From NCBI GenBank assembly GCA_964016885.1, contig OZ024742.1, forward strand, positions 177,692,001-177,756,000: 64,000 nucleotides of DNA, in the 5' to 3' direction. This document shows positions 1-11,959 of this stretch, piece after piece (position 1 is the stretch's first letter; every line of letters begins with the position of its first letter). The notes beneath the pieces were generated by a model, which was given only the letters and a program-made list of their open reading frames with translations, was not told the DNA's origin and ran no database searches. The stretch is from Eledone cirrhosa (Eukaryota). The position numbers and the translations under genes are program-made.

Positions 1-673
1 TCAAATAAATTACAAAGATAGTAAATAGTTAAAATAATCACAACATCAATCTAAGTAAGAAATATGACTTTAGCATGTAAAACGAACTGATACGAAACAG
101 ATTGAAATTAACATGTGAAAGATGTCATGGGGTATATAATATATAGTGTAGAGATAACCTGGGGCTGGAAATAATGGACCATTTACTTTACTGTAGGTTT
201 GCTGACCGTAAGATTTATTTAATATGTGACAGATAAAACATTTTCATTGTAGTGAGGATGGTAATTTTTATGTGGCGTAAAGTGGATTCATTATTTCAGT
301 GGTCTATATTAGATGAAGGGATTGTTACTTCGAATCATGGGGGTTGTTTAGTTTTCACAGTATCAATAACAAATCATTCATGAATAAAACAACAACAACA
401 ATATAGGAAATAAGGTAATATAGAGGTTAAGAAAGCAAGGTATATATAGAAAACATGATGAATACTATTACGGATACATTGGGGTGTTCATTATAACAAC
501 AGGAGGAAGGTGATATTTCAATTGGTGATCGGTTGACGCAAAAACAGGCGGGTAGCGATCTCTAGACCTACCAGTTCGGAGAAACAATTGTCAGCAATGT
601 GAATAAAGCCCTTATTTGTATAGCAAACCATGGCACTCTTCTTTCTTGATTATACATATATATATATATATAT

Positions 674-789
674 ATAAGTTGAAAAAAATGAAAACGAAAT
701 TTCATTTCTCACTCTTAGTATGGCACTTACTTAAATGTAAGTATGTATGTATACGTACATACATATATGTATACAGACGTACAGTAGCA

Positions 790-849
<60 letters not shown>

Positions 850-932
850 TATACACATATGCATACAGGTACACATACATATATGCACGCATATGCAATC
901 GAACAGCCTGAATTTATGCCATACGGTGTTAA
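674..932 (-). repeat. Inverted (fold-back) partial copy of the adjacent tandem-repeat unit
   Basis: 674-892 is the reverse complement of ~1044-1264, and 897-932 is the reverse complement of 954-989. About 55 bp between these two parts is missing from the inverted copy. Confidence 0.9.
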
Positions 933-1086
933 ACAAAAAGGTGACGTGGTTGCCTTAACACCGTATGGCATAAATTCAGGCTGTTCGATTTGTTGACAAA
1001 CAAACGAACAAAGCAGGCGTTATAATAAACGTCGGCTAGACTGATGCGTGCATATATGTATGTGTACCTGTATGCATATGTGTATA

Positions 1087-1148
<62 letters not shown>

Positions 1149-1382
1149 TGCTACTGTACGTCTGTATACATATATATATGTACGTATACATACATACTTA
1201 CATTTAAGTAAGTGCCATACTAAGAGTGAGAAATGAAATTTCGTTTTCATTTTTTTCAACTTATCGTTTTCGGTATGCCTGACCGATTTAACTCACTCAA
1301 TATGCAAATTAGGCTGCTCAGTCGTTAATTTTCATAAGGAAAGTATATACTTTCGAACGTTCAACTATCTGGCAGATGGGTA

Positions 1383-1427
1383 AACGGTGCTGATGATAGC
1401 TAACAAGCTTGAAACTAGTACATCGTT
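1383..1427 (+). ncRNA. Type I hammerhead ribozyme, copy 1
   Basis: Helix I AACGGTG/CATCGTT; core CTGATGA; helix II AGCT-AACA-AGCT with a U-U first position; GAAAC-TA-GTA with palindromic helix III ACTAGT. Predicted cleavage after A1420. Helix I extends to GTTCAAC(1359)/GTTGAAC(1445). Confidence 0.85.
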
Positions 1428-1597
1428 CCTGTGTCAGTGTTGAACAAAAAGGTGACGTGGTTGCCTTAACACCGTATGGCATAAATTCAGGCTGTTCGAT
1501 TTGTTGACAAACAAACGAACAAAGCAGGCGTTATAATAAACGTCGGCTAAACTGATGCGTGCATATATGTATGTGTACCTGTATGCATATGTGTATA

Positions 1598-1657
<60 letters not shown>

Positions 1658-1891
1658 TGCTACTGTACGTCTGTATACATATATGTATGTACGTATACAT
1701 ACATACTTACATTTAAGTAAGTGCCATACTAAGAGTGAGAAATGAAATTTCGTTTTCATTTTTTTCAACTTATCGTTTTCGGTATGCCTGACCGATTTAA
1801 CTCACTCAATATGCAAATTAGGCTGCTCAGCCGTTAATTTTCATAAGGAAAGTATATACTTTCGAACGTTCAACTATCTGGCAGATGGGTA

Positions 1892-1936
1892 AACGGTGCT
1901 GATGATAGCTAACAAGCTTGAAACTAGTACATCGTT
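1892..1936 (+). ncRNA. Type I hammerhead ribozyme, copy 2
   Basis: Identical to copy 1, offset 509 bp; predicted cleavage after 1929. Confidence 0.85.
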
Positions 1937-2095
1937 CCTGTGTCAGTGTTGAACAAAAAGGTGACGTGGTTGCCTTAACACCGTATGGCATAAATTCAGG
2001 CTGTTCGATTTGTTGACAAACAAACGAACAAAGCAGGCGTTATAATAAACGTCGGCTAAACTGATGCGTGCATATATGTATGTGTACCTGTATGC

Positions 2096-2182
<87 letters not shown>

Positions 2183-2416
2183 TGCTACTGTACGTCTGTA
2201 TACATATATGTATGTACGTATACATACATACTTACATTTAAGTAAGTGCCATACTAAGAGTGAGAAATGAAATTTCGTTTTCATTTTTTTCAACTTATCG
2301 TTTTCGGTATGCCTGATCGATTTAACTCACTCAATATGCAAATTAGGCTGCCCAGCCGTTAATTTTCATAAGGAACGTATATACTTTCGAACGTTCAACT
2401 ATCTGGCAGATGGGTA

Positions 2417-2461
2417 AACGGTGCTGATGATAGCTAACAAGCTTGAAACTAGTACATCGTT
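2417..2461 (+). ncRNA. Type I hammerhead ribozyme, copy 3
   Basis: Identical to copy 1, offset 1034 bp; predicted cleavage after 2454. Confidence 0.85.
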
Positions 2462-2631
2462 CCTGTGTCAGTGTTGAACAAAAAGGTGACGTGGTTGCCT
2501 TAACACCGTATGGCATAAATTCAGGCTGTTCGATTTGTTGACAAACAAACGAACAAAGCAGGCGTTATAATAAACGTCGGCTAAACTGATGCGTGCATAT
2601 ATGTATGTGTACCTGTATGCATATGTGTATA

Positions 2632-2717
<86 letters not shown>

Positions 2718-3454
2718 TGCTACTGTACGTCTGTATACATATACGTTTCTTCCAAAATCTCGTTTGGAATCATCGGAGCATTATCAATGCTTGCGCATAT
2801 AATTACCCTCCTATTCAACTGAACAATAATATAGATACATATAAATTGATGTTGTGAACAACAGTTTCGCATTTACAGGATGGAATGGATGTGACATATA
2901 TTTACGAGAATTGTACAATAATTGTACAAACATTTAAGTTCAAATTCAAATAAAAATTAAAATTAAAATCAAAAGTACGGAGTGGAATACATGCAACAGT
3001 TAAAACAAGGGAATAGTCCAAATATTAAAGAGGCATTGAGGAAGCAGTTTTGAGAAAGGAAGAGTGCGATAACAAATCATATGCAGGCGTGTGGATAGTG
3101 TGACTGCGTTAATCATATACATGAGAAGGAGACAAGCAAAGCTATTATGCATATATAGATGAATAAATACTGCAGTAGAAGCAAATATGTTAATGTATTA
3201 GAGTCTATGGTGGATGTTGAATGTTGATGGTGTTCGAATTAATGTGTGTTGAGAAACATACAGTTTTTGCATACTTTTCCATGACATATGTTGAATTAAA
3301 TTTCAGTTGATATTTATATTGAGTGTTTTAAGTTAGTTAGAGCAATGGATTGTAACTTAGTCTTAATGAATTCATATTCATAGATTATATTTTATCAACC
3401 GTTAAATGTTCAATTGCTAATTTCCGGAAGTGAATAAGGGGAGTTATTGTATAA

Positions 3455-3489
<35 letters not shown>

Positions 3490-3707
3490 TATAAGAACAG
3501 ATCAAAGTTTAAGCAAAGAATCGCTACTTTCACCATTAAGGGTGAAAGTAGCCATTCTTTGTTTAAACTTTAATCTGTTCTTATAATAAATATTTGGTCT
3601 ACGGGTTTCTGTATTTATATATATAATATATATATATATATAATCCTTATCGAGCCCTCTTCGGATTTTAGTCTTCACATTTATTATTACTATATATATA
3701 TATATAA

Positions 3708-3739
<32 letters not shown>

Positions 3740-4904
3740 ATGTGTGTGTGTGTACACAACAATCTGAAACAGGATATAAAGTCTAACCAACTAGATATAG
3801 CGTATGATGTTGTACATCAGCATTCCCATGGTATAAAATAGCTGTAATTATCTAAATGAACAAAATATATGGAAGGCATATTTTATTGTGGATCCGCAAT
3901 TCTTGATGGCAAAGCAAAAAAGAACAATAGAAATAAATCAACTGGAGACAAACAATATCATGAACAAACTAACAGGAATGAACGTAAGAATATATTAGCA
4001 AGAACGTTGAACTAATATTCGATATTTTATAAGTTAATTCCAATCCATTTAGACTACGGTAAATTTCGTTTCGCAAATTTGGATGTAAAGAATTTTCTAT
4101 AAGTAGCAGGAAAGAGATTCTCATTAAGGTATTTGAAATCAACAGGCCCACATGTTGAGTGTCTTCATTAAGGAAATTGTTACTGGTTATTACTGCCAGA
4201 GATATTACAAAATGGTAAAATAGTAATAAAAATGGTAAAATGGACCCTGAAGATATTAATAGCAGAGTTGATATTACTGGCCTAATAACCCTACACTGTG
4301 TGACTATATATATAACATGTTCAGAATATAAGCATGTGTGTCTATCTGAACACATACCTGATTTTTATACTCGATGTTTTTCGGTTTCTTCCTCTTCTCA
4401 CTCACCCATATATTGCCGACACGATGAGACATTTTTCTCGCTATATCCAAAGTTAAACTAATATATATTGGATCGTGAAGTATGAAATTTGTAGAAATTT
4501 ATTTTGTTTCAACAAATTTCTACAAATTTCATACTCGATGACTCAATATCTTTATTGTATGATAGTGTTTAATTTGTTAAATCTGGTTGCTTTTCGTATG
4601 CATAAATACATATATATACGGTTGTGTACATTCGTGTCTCTGTGGCCCTCTTCAGGTGAATGATAATCACGATAGGTTATTTTGGTTAATATGGATGAGG
4701 TGGGGGACAATGTCTATGTGGCGTTATTGTAGTAAAATCTTTTAACTATTTTCATATTTTATAATTAAGGATGTTATGCTTTCTTGATACGTAGATAAAA
4801 GGAAGACGAAATAGAAAGTAATATCCATGCGTGCATATGTGTATCCGTGTATGTGTATACTCTATATGCTGAGTCCTCTCCTCAAGCATTTTTGCCTTAC
4901 TCAG

Positions 4905-4942
<38 letters not shown>

Positions 4943-4955
4943 GCTCACTCTCTCT

Positions 4956-4988
<33 letters not shown>

Positions 4989-5401
4989 CTTTTCTGTCTA
5001 TCGATTTAACTCTCTCTCTCTCTATATATATATAAGTGCATATGTATTTATGTATGCATGTATGTACATGTGTGTATGTACCCACCATTACACACATATA
5101 TATATATCCAGATGTATGCACTTGTGTATGTATGTATTATGAATTTATGAATATATGTATTATGAATGTATGTATATATGTATATCCAGAATATACCCCA
5201 GTACTGTCTATTTTTGCGAGAATTATTTATTTAGAGAATATTGGCATATTCTGAAGAGACAGAAATTTTACAAGTTATGTAACAGACATTTTTTTATTGT
5301 TCATATATACATCCACTTAGTATCTATAGAGTGGGTTGCCTTAAATTGTTTAATTTCCGAGTTTCTTTTTTATTAAATGATTTTATTGTGTGGGTGGGGG
5401 G

Positions 5402-5467
<66 letters not shown>

Positions 5468-5979
5468 ACAGACAGATATGTAACATAACTTTGATGTAAA
5501 ATACATATACAAACATATATATATTTACTCACACACACATGTCCATATAAATATATATATATGTGTGTGTGTATATGTGTGTTGTGTGTGTGTATATGTA
5601 TGGATATATATTCATATGAATGTATACATACAGATATATACATATTCACACACACACACACCCACTTATATATATATAAGCTAACACACACTTGCTTATT
5701 TCTATATGTATCTATAAATAGATATATGTTTGTGTATTTGAGATGTATTTGAGTACATGTGTGGCATTATGCAGGTGTATGTACATGTGATATTCGGTTC
5801 TACTTGCAATTCCTTCAGGCAATATTCGTATTTCTGTGAAATAATTGATGATGTTAGAAAGAATTATTGAAACATCACATCAAATAAAATATTCAAGTAG
5901 CAAAATAGATGATTAATAACTAGGCTCTGATGTAACAGGAAGAAACGGCATCTTTTTTGTCATATAAACTAAAATAAGA

Positions 5980-6340
5980 AGAGATGTCTTCGTGGTTAGA
6001 AATCTCGTTGCACAATTGATGTCTAAATTTCGATCTCAGTATGTGGTACCCAAATAAGTGTTCCAGGATGTTTTAGTCGATATGGAAAAGGAAGGTCTGA
6101 TGGATTGTCCCTGTAATTGAAATATCCACCCATGTCACATGTTGTGATATGCTAATTCAGCTTTGGAATTACGAGGTTTGGTCTCAAAATTCATAGACTG
6201 AAAGGTGCATACAATGTCCAATATATTCTCATGGAATGCCCAAATGAGGTGTATTTTTCGAAATTGTCCCTGGAAAAAAACAATGCAGTTATCAATAAGA
6301 GCTGAAATTAATGTATGCAAGATTTCACAACCTAGCATCG
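5980..6340 (-). pseudogene. Highly decayed Penelope-like RT remnant (tentative)
   Basis: Broken-frame peptides FRKIHLIW, FQSMNF, VTWVDISI and NPSDLPFPYRLKHP..WVPH follow the order of the PLE RT C-terminal motifs (FRYIDD, HPSIKF, FLDV, KPT..YL..S.HP..IP). No intact catalytic motif. Confidence 0.3.
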
Positions 6341-6900
6341 CTGCTTCATTCGTCAGCCTATAAACATTTCAATCTTATGTCATATGTCTGTGGAAACTCA
6401 AACATTTACTACACGCCAATTCACTTCACATATCGGATTTCAGTTAATCGAACTACTGAATGCTCATCGTGGAAACCGATGTAGAATCTCTAATTATCCA
6501 GATATATGTTGTCAAAGGAAAACAGCTTTCTCTACTCGACTTACTAGGAAGGGGGTAACCTCTATACATATTACTTCGACCAGCTAAAGAATAAGCCAGC
6601 TTGGGAGTCTCTACACAGTCACTCAAACTCTTGCTAAACATACCATATAAATTACCTCAACTTACAAAAAGACTCGCTGGATAACATGACGAATTATTTG
6701 AGGCTAGAAATCATAATATTAAAAGATATGCTTAATCATGGCTGATATGGAGCTACACGACTATAAGTAACCCGTTAGAGAATGGAACGAAATCATTAAG
6801 AAAAGACTCAACTCAGCCGGTTTCCGTTACAAATGGAACATGTCTACTACAAGCGAGGGACTATAGATGCCCAGACGAGATAATTATTTTCCGTTTCATC

Positions 6901-7141
6901 ACTTATACGGCACGCCACAGGTTGCGAGACTTATACGGCACACCACAGGTTGCGAGACTTATACGGTACGCCACAGGTTGCGAGACTTATACGGCACACC
7001 ACAGGTTGCGAGACGTATACGGCATGCCACAGGTTGCGAGACTTATACGGCACGCCACAGGTTGCGAGACTTATATGGCACGGCTGAGGTTGTGAGACTT
7101 ATACGGCACGCCACAGGTTGCGAGACTTATACGGCACACCA
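6901..7141. repeat. 28-bp minisatellite, ~8.5 copies (ACTTATACGGCACGCCACAGGTTGCGAG)
   Basis: Direct tandem copies start at 6901, 6929, 6957 and onward, with no spacers. Confidence 0.95.
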
Positions 7142-7461
7142 CATCTCCGATGCTCAACATCATCACTTCGGCCACTAGTCCAAGCAAAGCTTTCCAAATA
7201 CAGAAAATACTTCCATTCTCCTCATTTCCTCAGTTTTCATCCATCAAATTGGGACTAGGTTATCGCTGCCTGTTCTCAGCATCAACGCTTTCACCAGAAA
7301 CATTTTGTATTTTGGCAAAATTAATATTCTTTCTTTTAAAAAATATAACAGTGGTGAACAATTCTGAAAAATACTTTCAATTCGATGGAACAACTATTCT
7401 TTCAGAGGCATACATACAAAGACACACACACACACACATCCGCGCGTATATATATATGTGT

Positions 7462-7515
<54 letters not shown>

Positions 7516-7908
7516 TGTTCAGTTACTGATGGTTGACCAGTTTGAGCATTCAATGCTAATATGTTGGTCCGGCTACCGAAGTGGGTGTCTACATTTGCGT
7601 TTACACCAGTTTTACTATGCGTAACAAGTAGAGTGTTAATAATAATAATAATAATAATAATAATGTTTTCTTTATTAACCACAAGGGTTCACATAAAGTA
7701 GACATTAAGGACAGTACAGGACAATACAGGACGGTACAAATGGGCATTTCTGCGTGTAAAAAAACAGGGGGTTGAAATAAAATAACAAAGAAAAATTCCC
7801 CAATAGGGGGGAGACTTCCAAGGGACATTTGTGGAGAAAGCCCATTAAAAGACCACAGTGGCCCTGACCACCAGGGCAAGTGCCCTCTCCCAGTTTTCCA
7901 CCTTTAAT

Positions 7909-9486
7909 TTACAGACACATACTCAGAGAAGGCCCAATCATTCGGGCCATACTTGCTTCTCTCACCCATCTTTCAACAAAATGCTGGGAAGAGAGCACTT
8001 CCCTCTCTACCCTGATTTTCCTTTTCAAATGAAATTTGAAAAAGTTAATCAGGGCATCACCGAAGAGGTAAGTGCTCGTCTTCAGCCCTTTCAAACGTGT
8101 CCACCATACTATCTCTTTCGCCATGGCCACCAGACAGATAAAAACTGCCTGCCCTTCCAGGCTAAAGGAAGGGGGCGGGGCAATGCTCGGACACTGGACG
8201 AGTGCGTGCAGGACGGTTTCGTCGCCCTGCGCGCATCTCGGACATGCCCGGCTGACGGCACCTCCATGCCTGTAGAGTTTATCCCGAACTGGCAAGGCTC
8301 CTCGGTAGCACTGCCAGGCCAGAGATTTCTGGAAGTTGTCCATAGGCCCCGGCCCGAAAGTTCTTCCGAAGAGATTGGCTAGTTGATTTTCGTCGACGCC
8401 TAGATTTTCCCCAAGTACGTCGTCGCTCTTACCCTCCACTAATCCTCTATAGAACGCCGAGGTGGAGTTTCCACCGATCACATTGCCCGATTGGTCGAGG
8501 GCTGTAAGCGCCTGAAGACATTCCAGTCTCCAGGCGCTCCCTCTCGGTCTTCGCTTGACCCAGGACTGCAGCTCCGTCAAGGAAACGAGCTGGGGAAATA
8601 CGCGCCTAGCAAACGGCGACCACACCTGATCACCGTCGAGGAAGAGGTGGAGATGTTGTAGCCTGAGCGCGTGCCTGCGCATCATCAGCCACGGCATGCC
8701 CAGCCCTCCACGTAGCGGGTGTTGACAACAGATGGACCGCCTGACCATCGGAGCACGTCCCTTCCACAAAAAGCGAAAGAGCAAACGCTCCAGCGCAGTC
8801 AGGCGAGGCTTAGGACAAGGTACGACGGTCAGGCGGTAGCAGATGACAGACGCGATGTACGCGTTAGCCACCTCCGCTCGACCTTTCAGGGATAGCTTCC
8901 TCTCCGCCCATTTCTGGGTGAGAGAAGCCACCCTGCTCGTCACCTCGTACCAGTTTTTGTCCGTCTGTTCAAAACGCCTGAGCAGGTTGGTGAGGCTCTT
9001 GCACCCTCCACCCCTATCCGCTAATCCCACACAGTCCCAGCGTGCATCTAAGATCCCGTTCCAGTCGCCCACTAACACTAAAGAGCGGGACGTTCCAAGA
9101 AAGGTCTCCAGACGCCGGAAGAAATCAGGCCGCCCTGCTCCTGTCGGGGCATAGACGGCCACTAGCCTGAAAGCTTGCCCGTCTCCGCTGGTCACGTCCA
9201 GCACCACCAGCTTACCCTCTGGGTCCAGGAAGATGGCCCGTATGGCGAGATCCAAACCTCTCCGAAAAAGCACAGCAACTCCTCCACCCGATCCAGGACG
9301 GCTGGGAGATGCGTACACATCGTAGCCGCCGAAGATCGGTGCGAAGGCCCGTGCTTCGGAGATTCTGGTCTCGCTGATGGCCACTACATCTATGTTTAGT
9401 GACCTGAGGTCATTGAGCAGGTGACCCTGCTTCCATGACGACCCCAAGCCACGCGCATTTATGCTGCCTATTCTGAGTGAGGTCAT
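7909..9486 (-). pseudogene. Tx1 ORF2 lacking the RT domain (partial APE endonuclease fused in frame to the C-terminal CCHC region)
   Basis: SINARGL, ISET and GDWN APE motifs are joined directly to KNWYEVT...CPRCAQGDETVLHALVQC. The YADD region present in the paralog at 35122-38559 is absent. Confidence 0.85.
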
Positions 9487-9521
9487 GTTTAAAATAGAGT
9501 GGAAAAGATGGGAAAGACCAC

Positions 9522-11619
9522 TTACCATACTTTTGGTAGAGGAGGGATGGTTTTTACATCCCTTTTCACTTGATCGTCTGGTGAAGGGACCGTTGAATCG
9601 TCCCTTCGGCTGGTCGTCGACTCTTCTAAGAGAATGTCTGAATATACTCTTCGATTGATGGTTCCTACTAGGTCCCTGAAATCACCAACTGCGTTGGGGA
9701 ATTTCGTTTTAATGTTTGTGTATTGTTTCTGTGCTATTTTTAGCAGTCTTATGTTAGTTGGCGTTTTGATTGGTGCTGGTATTATGTAGTCCTGTTGTGA
9801 AATGTCTGTGTGTTCAATTATGTAAGTCATTAGTTTCTTGTTGTGTGTGTTTATTGCCGTGCATTTGTTTTTCTGGGGGTGGAGTGTGGTTCTGCTATTT
9901 TCTTGTCGTTGTTGCTGGGTGTGTGTGTTTTGTTGTTGTGTTTGCGATGTTGGTGCTTGTGGTGGTGGTGTTGAAGGTGTTGTTGGCGGTGGGGTTGTCG
10001 CCGGTGGTGATGGTGGTGCTGGTGTGGGTGGTGATGGTGTTGGTGGTGTTGCTGCTGTGGGTCTCTTTGCAGTAGACTTTACCCTTTTCACCATTTCTTT
10101 CCTCCCTTTTCAAAGGCGACGATGCGCTGCTTCTGCGTTTGTGCCTTCTTGCGACCTTTTGCCATCCCTCTCCCACCTCACACTCCATGTCTGATTCTGT
10201 GAGGTCGGGGAGGGGTACCAGCTCCACTCTTGCACTTGTTGTTGTTGGTGATGTTTGCACTGGAGTCTCTGTTGCAGCTGCATTTGGTATTGCTGTTGTT
10301 GTTGTTAATATTTCCACTGCTGCTGCTGTTTTTGATTTCCGTGGAGTGGGTATGGGTGCCACGGACCTATCGTTCCTGGTTGCCGCTTGTCCTGTTGCTG
10401 GTAGCCGTGGAGCCGGATTCGGAAGGAGGGGGGTTTTCTCCTTTCTCAGGGTCTTCTCGTTGCAGAAGGCCCTGAGGTGAGTCTTCGATCCACAGCGAAA
10501 GCATTTCGGGCGTTTGCCCTCAACACTTATGGGCAGTTGAGTGCCGTTATCGAAGTCTATCACATCCGGGATAGCTTCGATGCACTCCTGGTTGGTTTGG
10601 ATTAGCATCTCAATGGAGGAGCCGACCCAATCTTCTCTTACTTTTTTCTGTACTTGCAGTACAGTTGTTTTGTCCTCGATTCCGACGAGGACAGACGCGG
10701 CCAGCCAAGAGGTGGTCATTCCGGGGGGGACGTGGGTCAGTTTGACCCTCACAATTTTTTGCCCGCAGTAGGAGGGCACCAACACCATTTCCTCGCTCCT
10801 TAGGGTCACTACTGATTGGGCCTTTGCCTCCTGGGGTGTGGCAAAAAGTACGTCTACGGTGGCATATTTTTTGCCTCGGGTGATGTGCGTTTTCCGCTGC
10901 CACACAGACCCCAAGGCTTTTTGTATTTGGGCCTCTGTGGCTCTTTCCACCCTACGGGATTTTGTACTTACTGTACGGTACGTGACCGTACAGTGCTCTT
11001 GGGTTTCGAAAAATGTTTCCGCTGCCTTGCAGATTGCTCGGTGTCTGTTCTTTGTCACCATCTTCTTCGCTTCCTCTAATTCCTCATTTGTTATGAGGAT
11101 TGTTTCCAAGTTTTTCGCAATACCTGCAAATGAGATTGGTTTTTCTCTGCTGTTGTTGTTGTCGTCAAAGCTGCTGGTACTTTTGTTGTTGCTGCAGGTA
11201 CTACGACTACTGCCTCCGCCGCTGTTGCTGTGGTTGTTGGTGGTGTTGCTGCTGCTAATGCTGTTGTTCTTTATGCTGCTGGTGATGCTGTTGCGGCTGC
11301 TACTGTTGTTTACATTGTCACTGTTGCTGTTGTTATTACGGCTGCTACTGCTATTATTCCTGACGTCAGACGAATGAACTGGGTTTTCGTATTTCCCGCA
11401 CACCTGTTTCGTCGCTGTCGTCGTCGTCGTGGAGAAACCTTGCACGCTTTGCACGAGACTTTTCTTTTCTTTCGTCACTTGCGAAAGAGAAGGGAGGGAG
11501 AGAGACACATTTAAAGAAGGGAGGGAGAGAGACAATCTTCTCTCTGCTGTAGTGATGATTGAGGAAGAAGAAGACAGAATGAGTGGGAGTGACGTATGAA
11601 ATTTCTTTTTCGTAGCCAT
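9522..11619 (-). pseudogene. Tx1 ORF1 (nucleic-acid-binding, CCHC knuckle), frameshifted near 10100
   Basis: CFRCGSKTHLRAFC zinc knuckle with low-complexity N/S/T tracts. The C-terminus continues in ORF 9522-10094, which is homologous to the ORF1 C-termini at 38584-39060 and 42886-43286. Confidence 0.8.
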
Positions 11620-11959
11620 GTTGTTTTTTTGTTTAAAATGAAATTTTGGGTACAAAACCCCAATAATTGGTTATTTAACCCCGAAGGGCCAAATAACGGA
11701 CAGAAAGACCCCTCTCACGAGGAGGAGGGTGTCTTTATCAACAATTTGGTTCAAGTTTTAAACAATTTACAATTGTTTTAACGGTTAATAATTACTATAC
11801 CTTACAGAGCCGAGCCTCCGTCAACCATGGCATTCAATAATAATAATAATAATAAATTGTAATGCACTGGGTGATTGCTGGCTTTGTGCCTGGAGTGGAG
11901 ACAGTTATTAATAATTTCATTCTTAAGCCACGCAATGCTCACATTAAGGAACCACTCAT

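Larger units (their letters stand above)
930..2743 (+). repeat. Tandem array, ~3.5 units of 509-525 bp with an internal (TA)n, hammerhead-bearing (retrozyme/Penelope pLTR-like)
   Basis: AACAAAAAGGTGACGTGG recurs at ~932, 1443, 1952 and 2477. Units are near-identical apart from (TA)n length. Confidence 0.95.
7665..11835 (-). mobile_element. Tx1-clade (L1 group) LINE with internal deletions, flanked by (TAA)n on both sides
   Basis: Gag-like ORF1 plus APE-type ORF2. The 3' end reads GTGGTTAATAAAGAAAAC then (ATT)n at 7637-7664; a second (TAA)n at 11836-11855 sits at the 5' end. Confidence 0.9.

Noticed and set aside
1302-1310. ATGCAAAT octamer in each tandem unit, suggesting an snRNA gene array
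   Set aside because: No recognisable snRNA or PSE in the unit; a single 8-mer in AT-rich DNA is weak evidence.
616-2822. Repeated ORFs [10 protein letters not shown]...YIYIYI in the tandem array
   Set aside because: They are open only because (TA)n and (TG)n lack stops; the frame changes with microsatellite length between units.
4242-4290. CTGAAGA followed by a TATTAAT/GTTGATA stem, a possible hammerhead
   Set aside because: There is no GAAA box after helix II and no helix I closure; at best a dead relic.
3969-4355. 128-aa minus-strand ORF faintly like a GIY-YIG C-terminus
   Set aside because: No diagnostic motif that I can verify by eye.
4585-4660. Minus-strand CTGAAGAG...CGAAA spacing
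   Set aside because: No credible helix II, helix III or cleavage triplet.
6901-7141. CRISPR-like 28-bp repeats
   Set aside because: The repeats abut with no unique spacers, there are no cas genes, and the context is eukaryotic.
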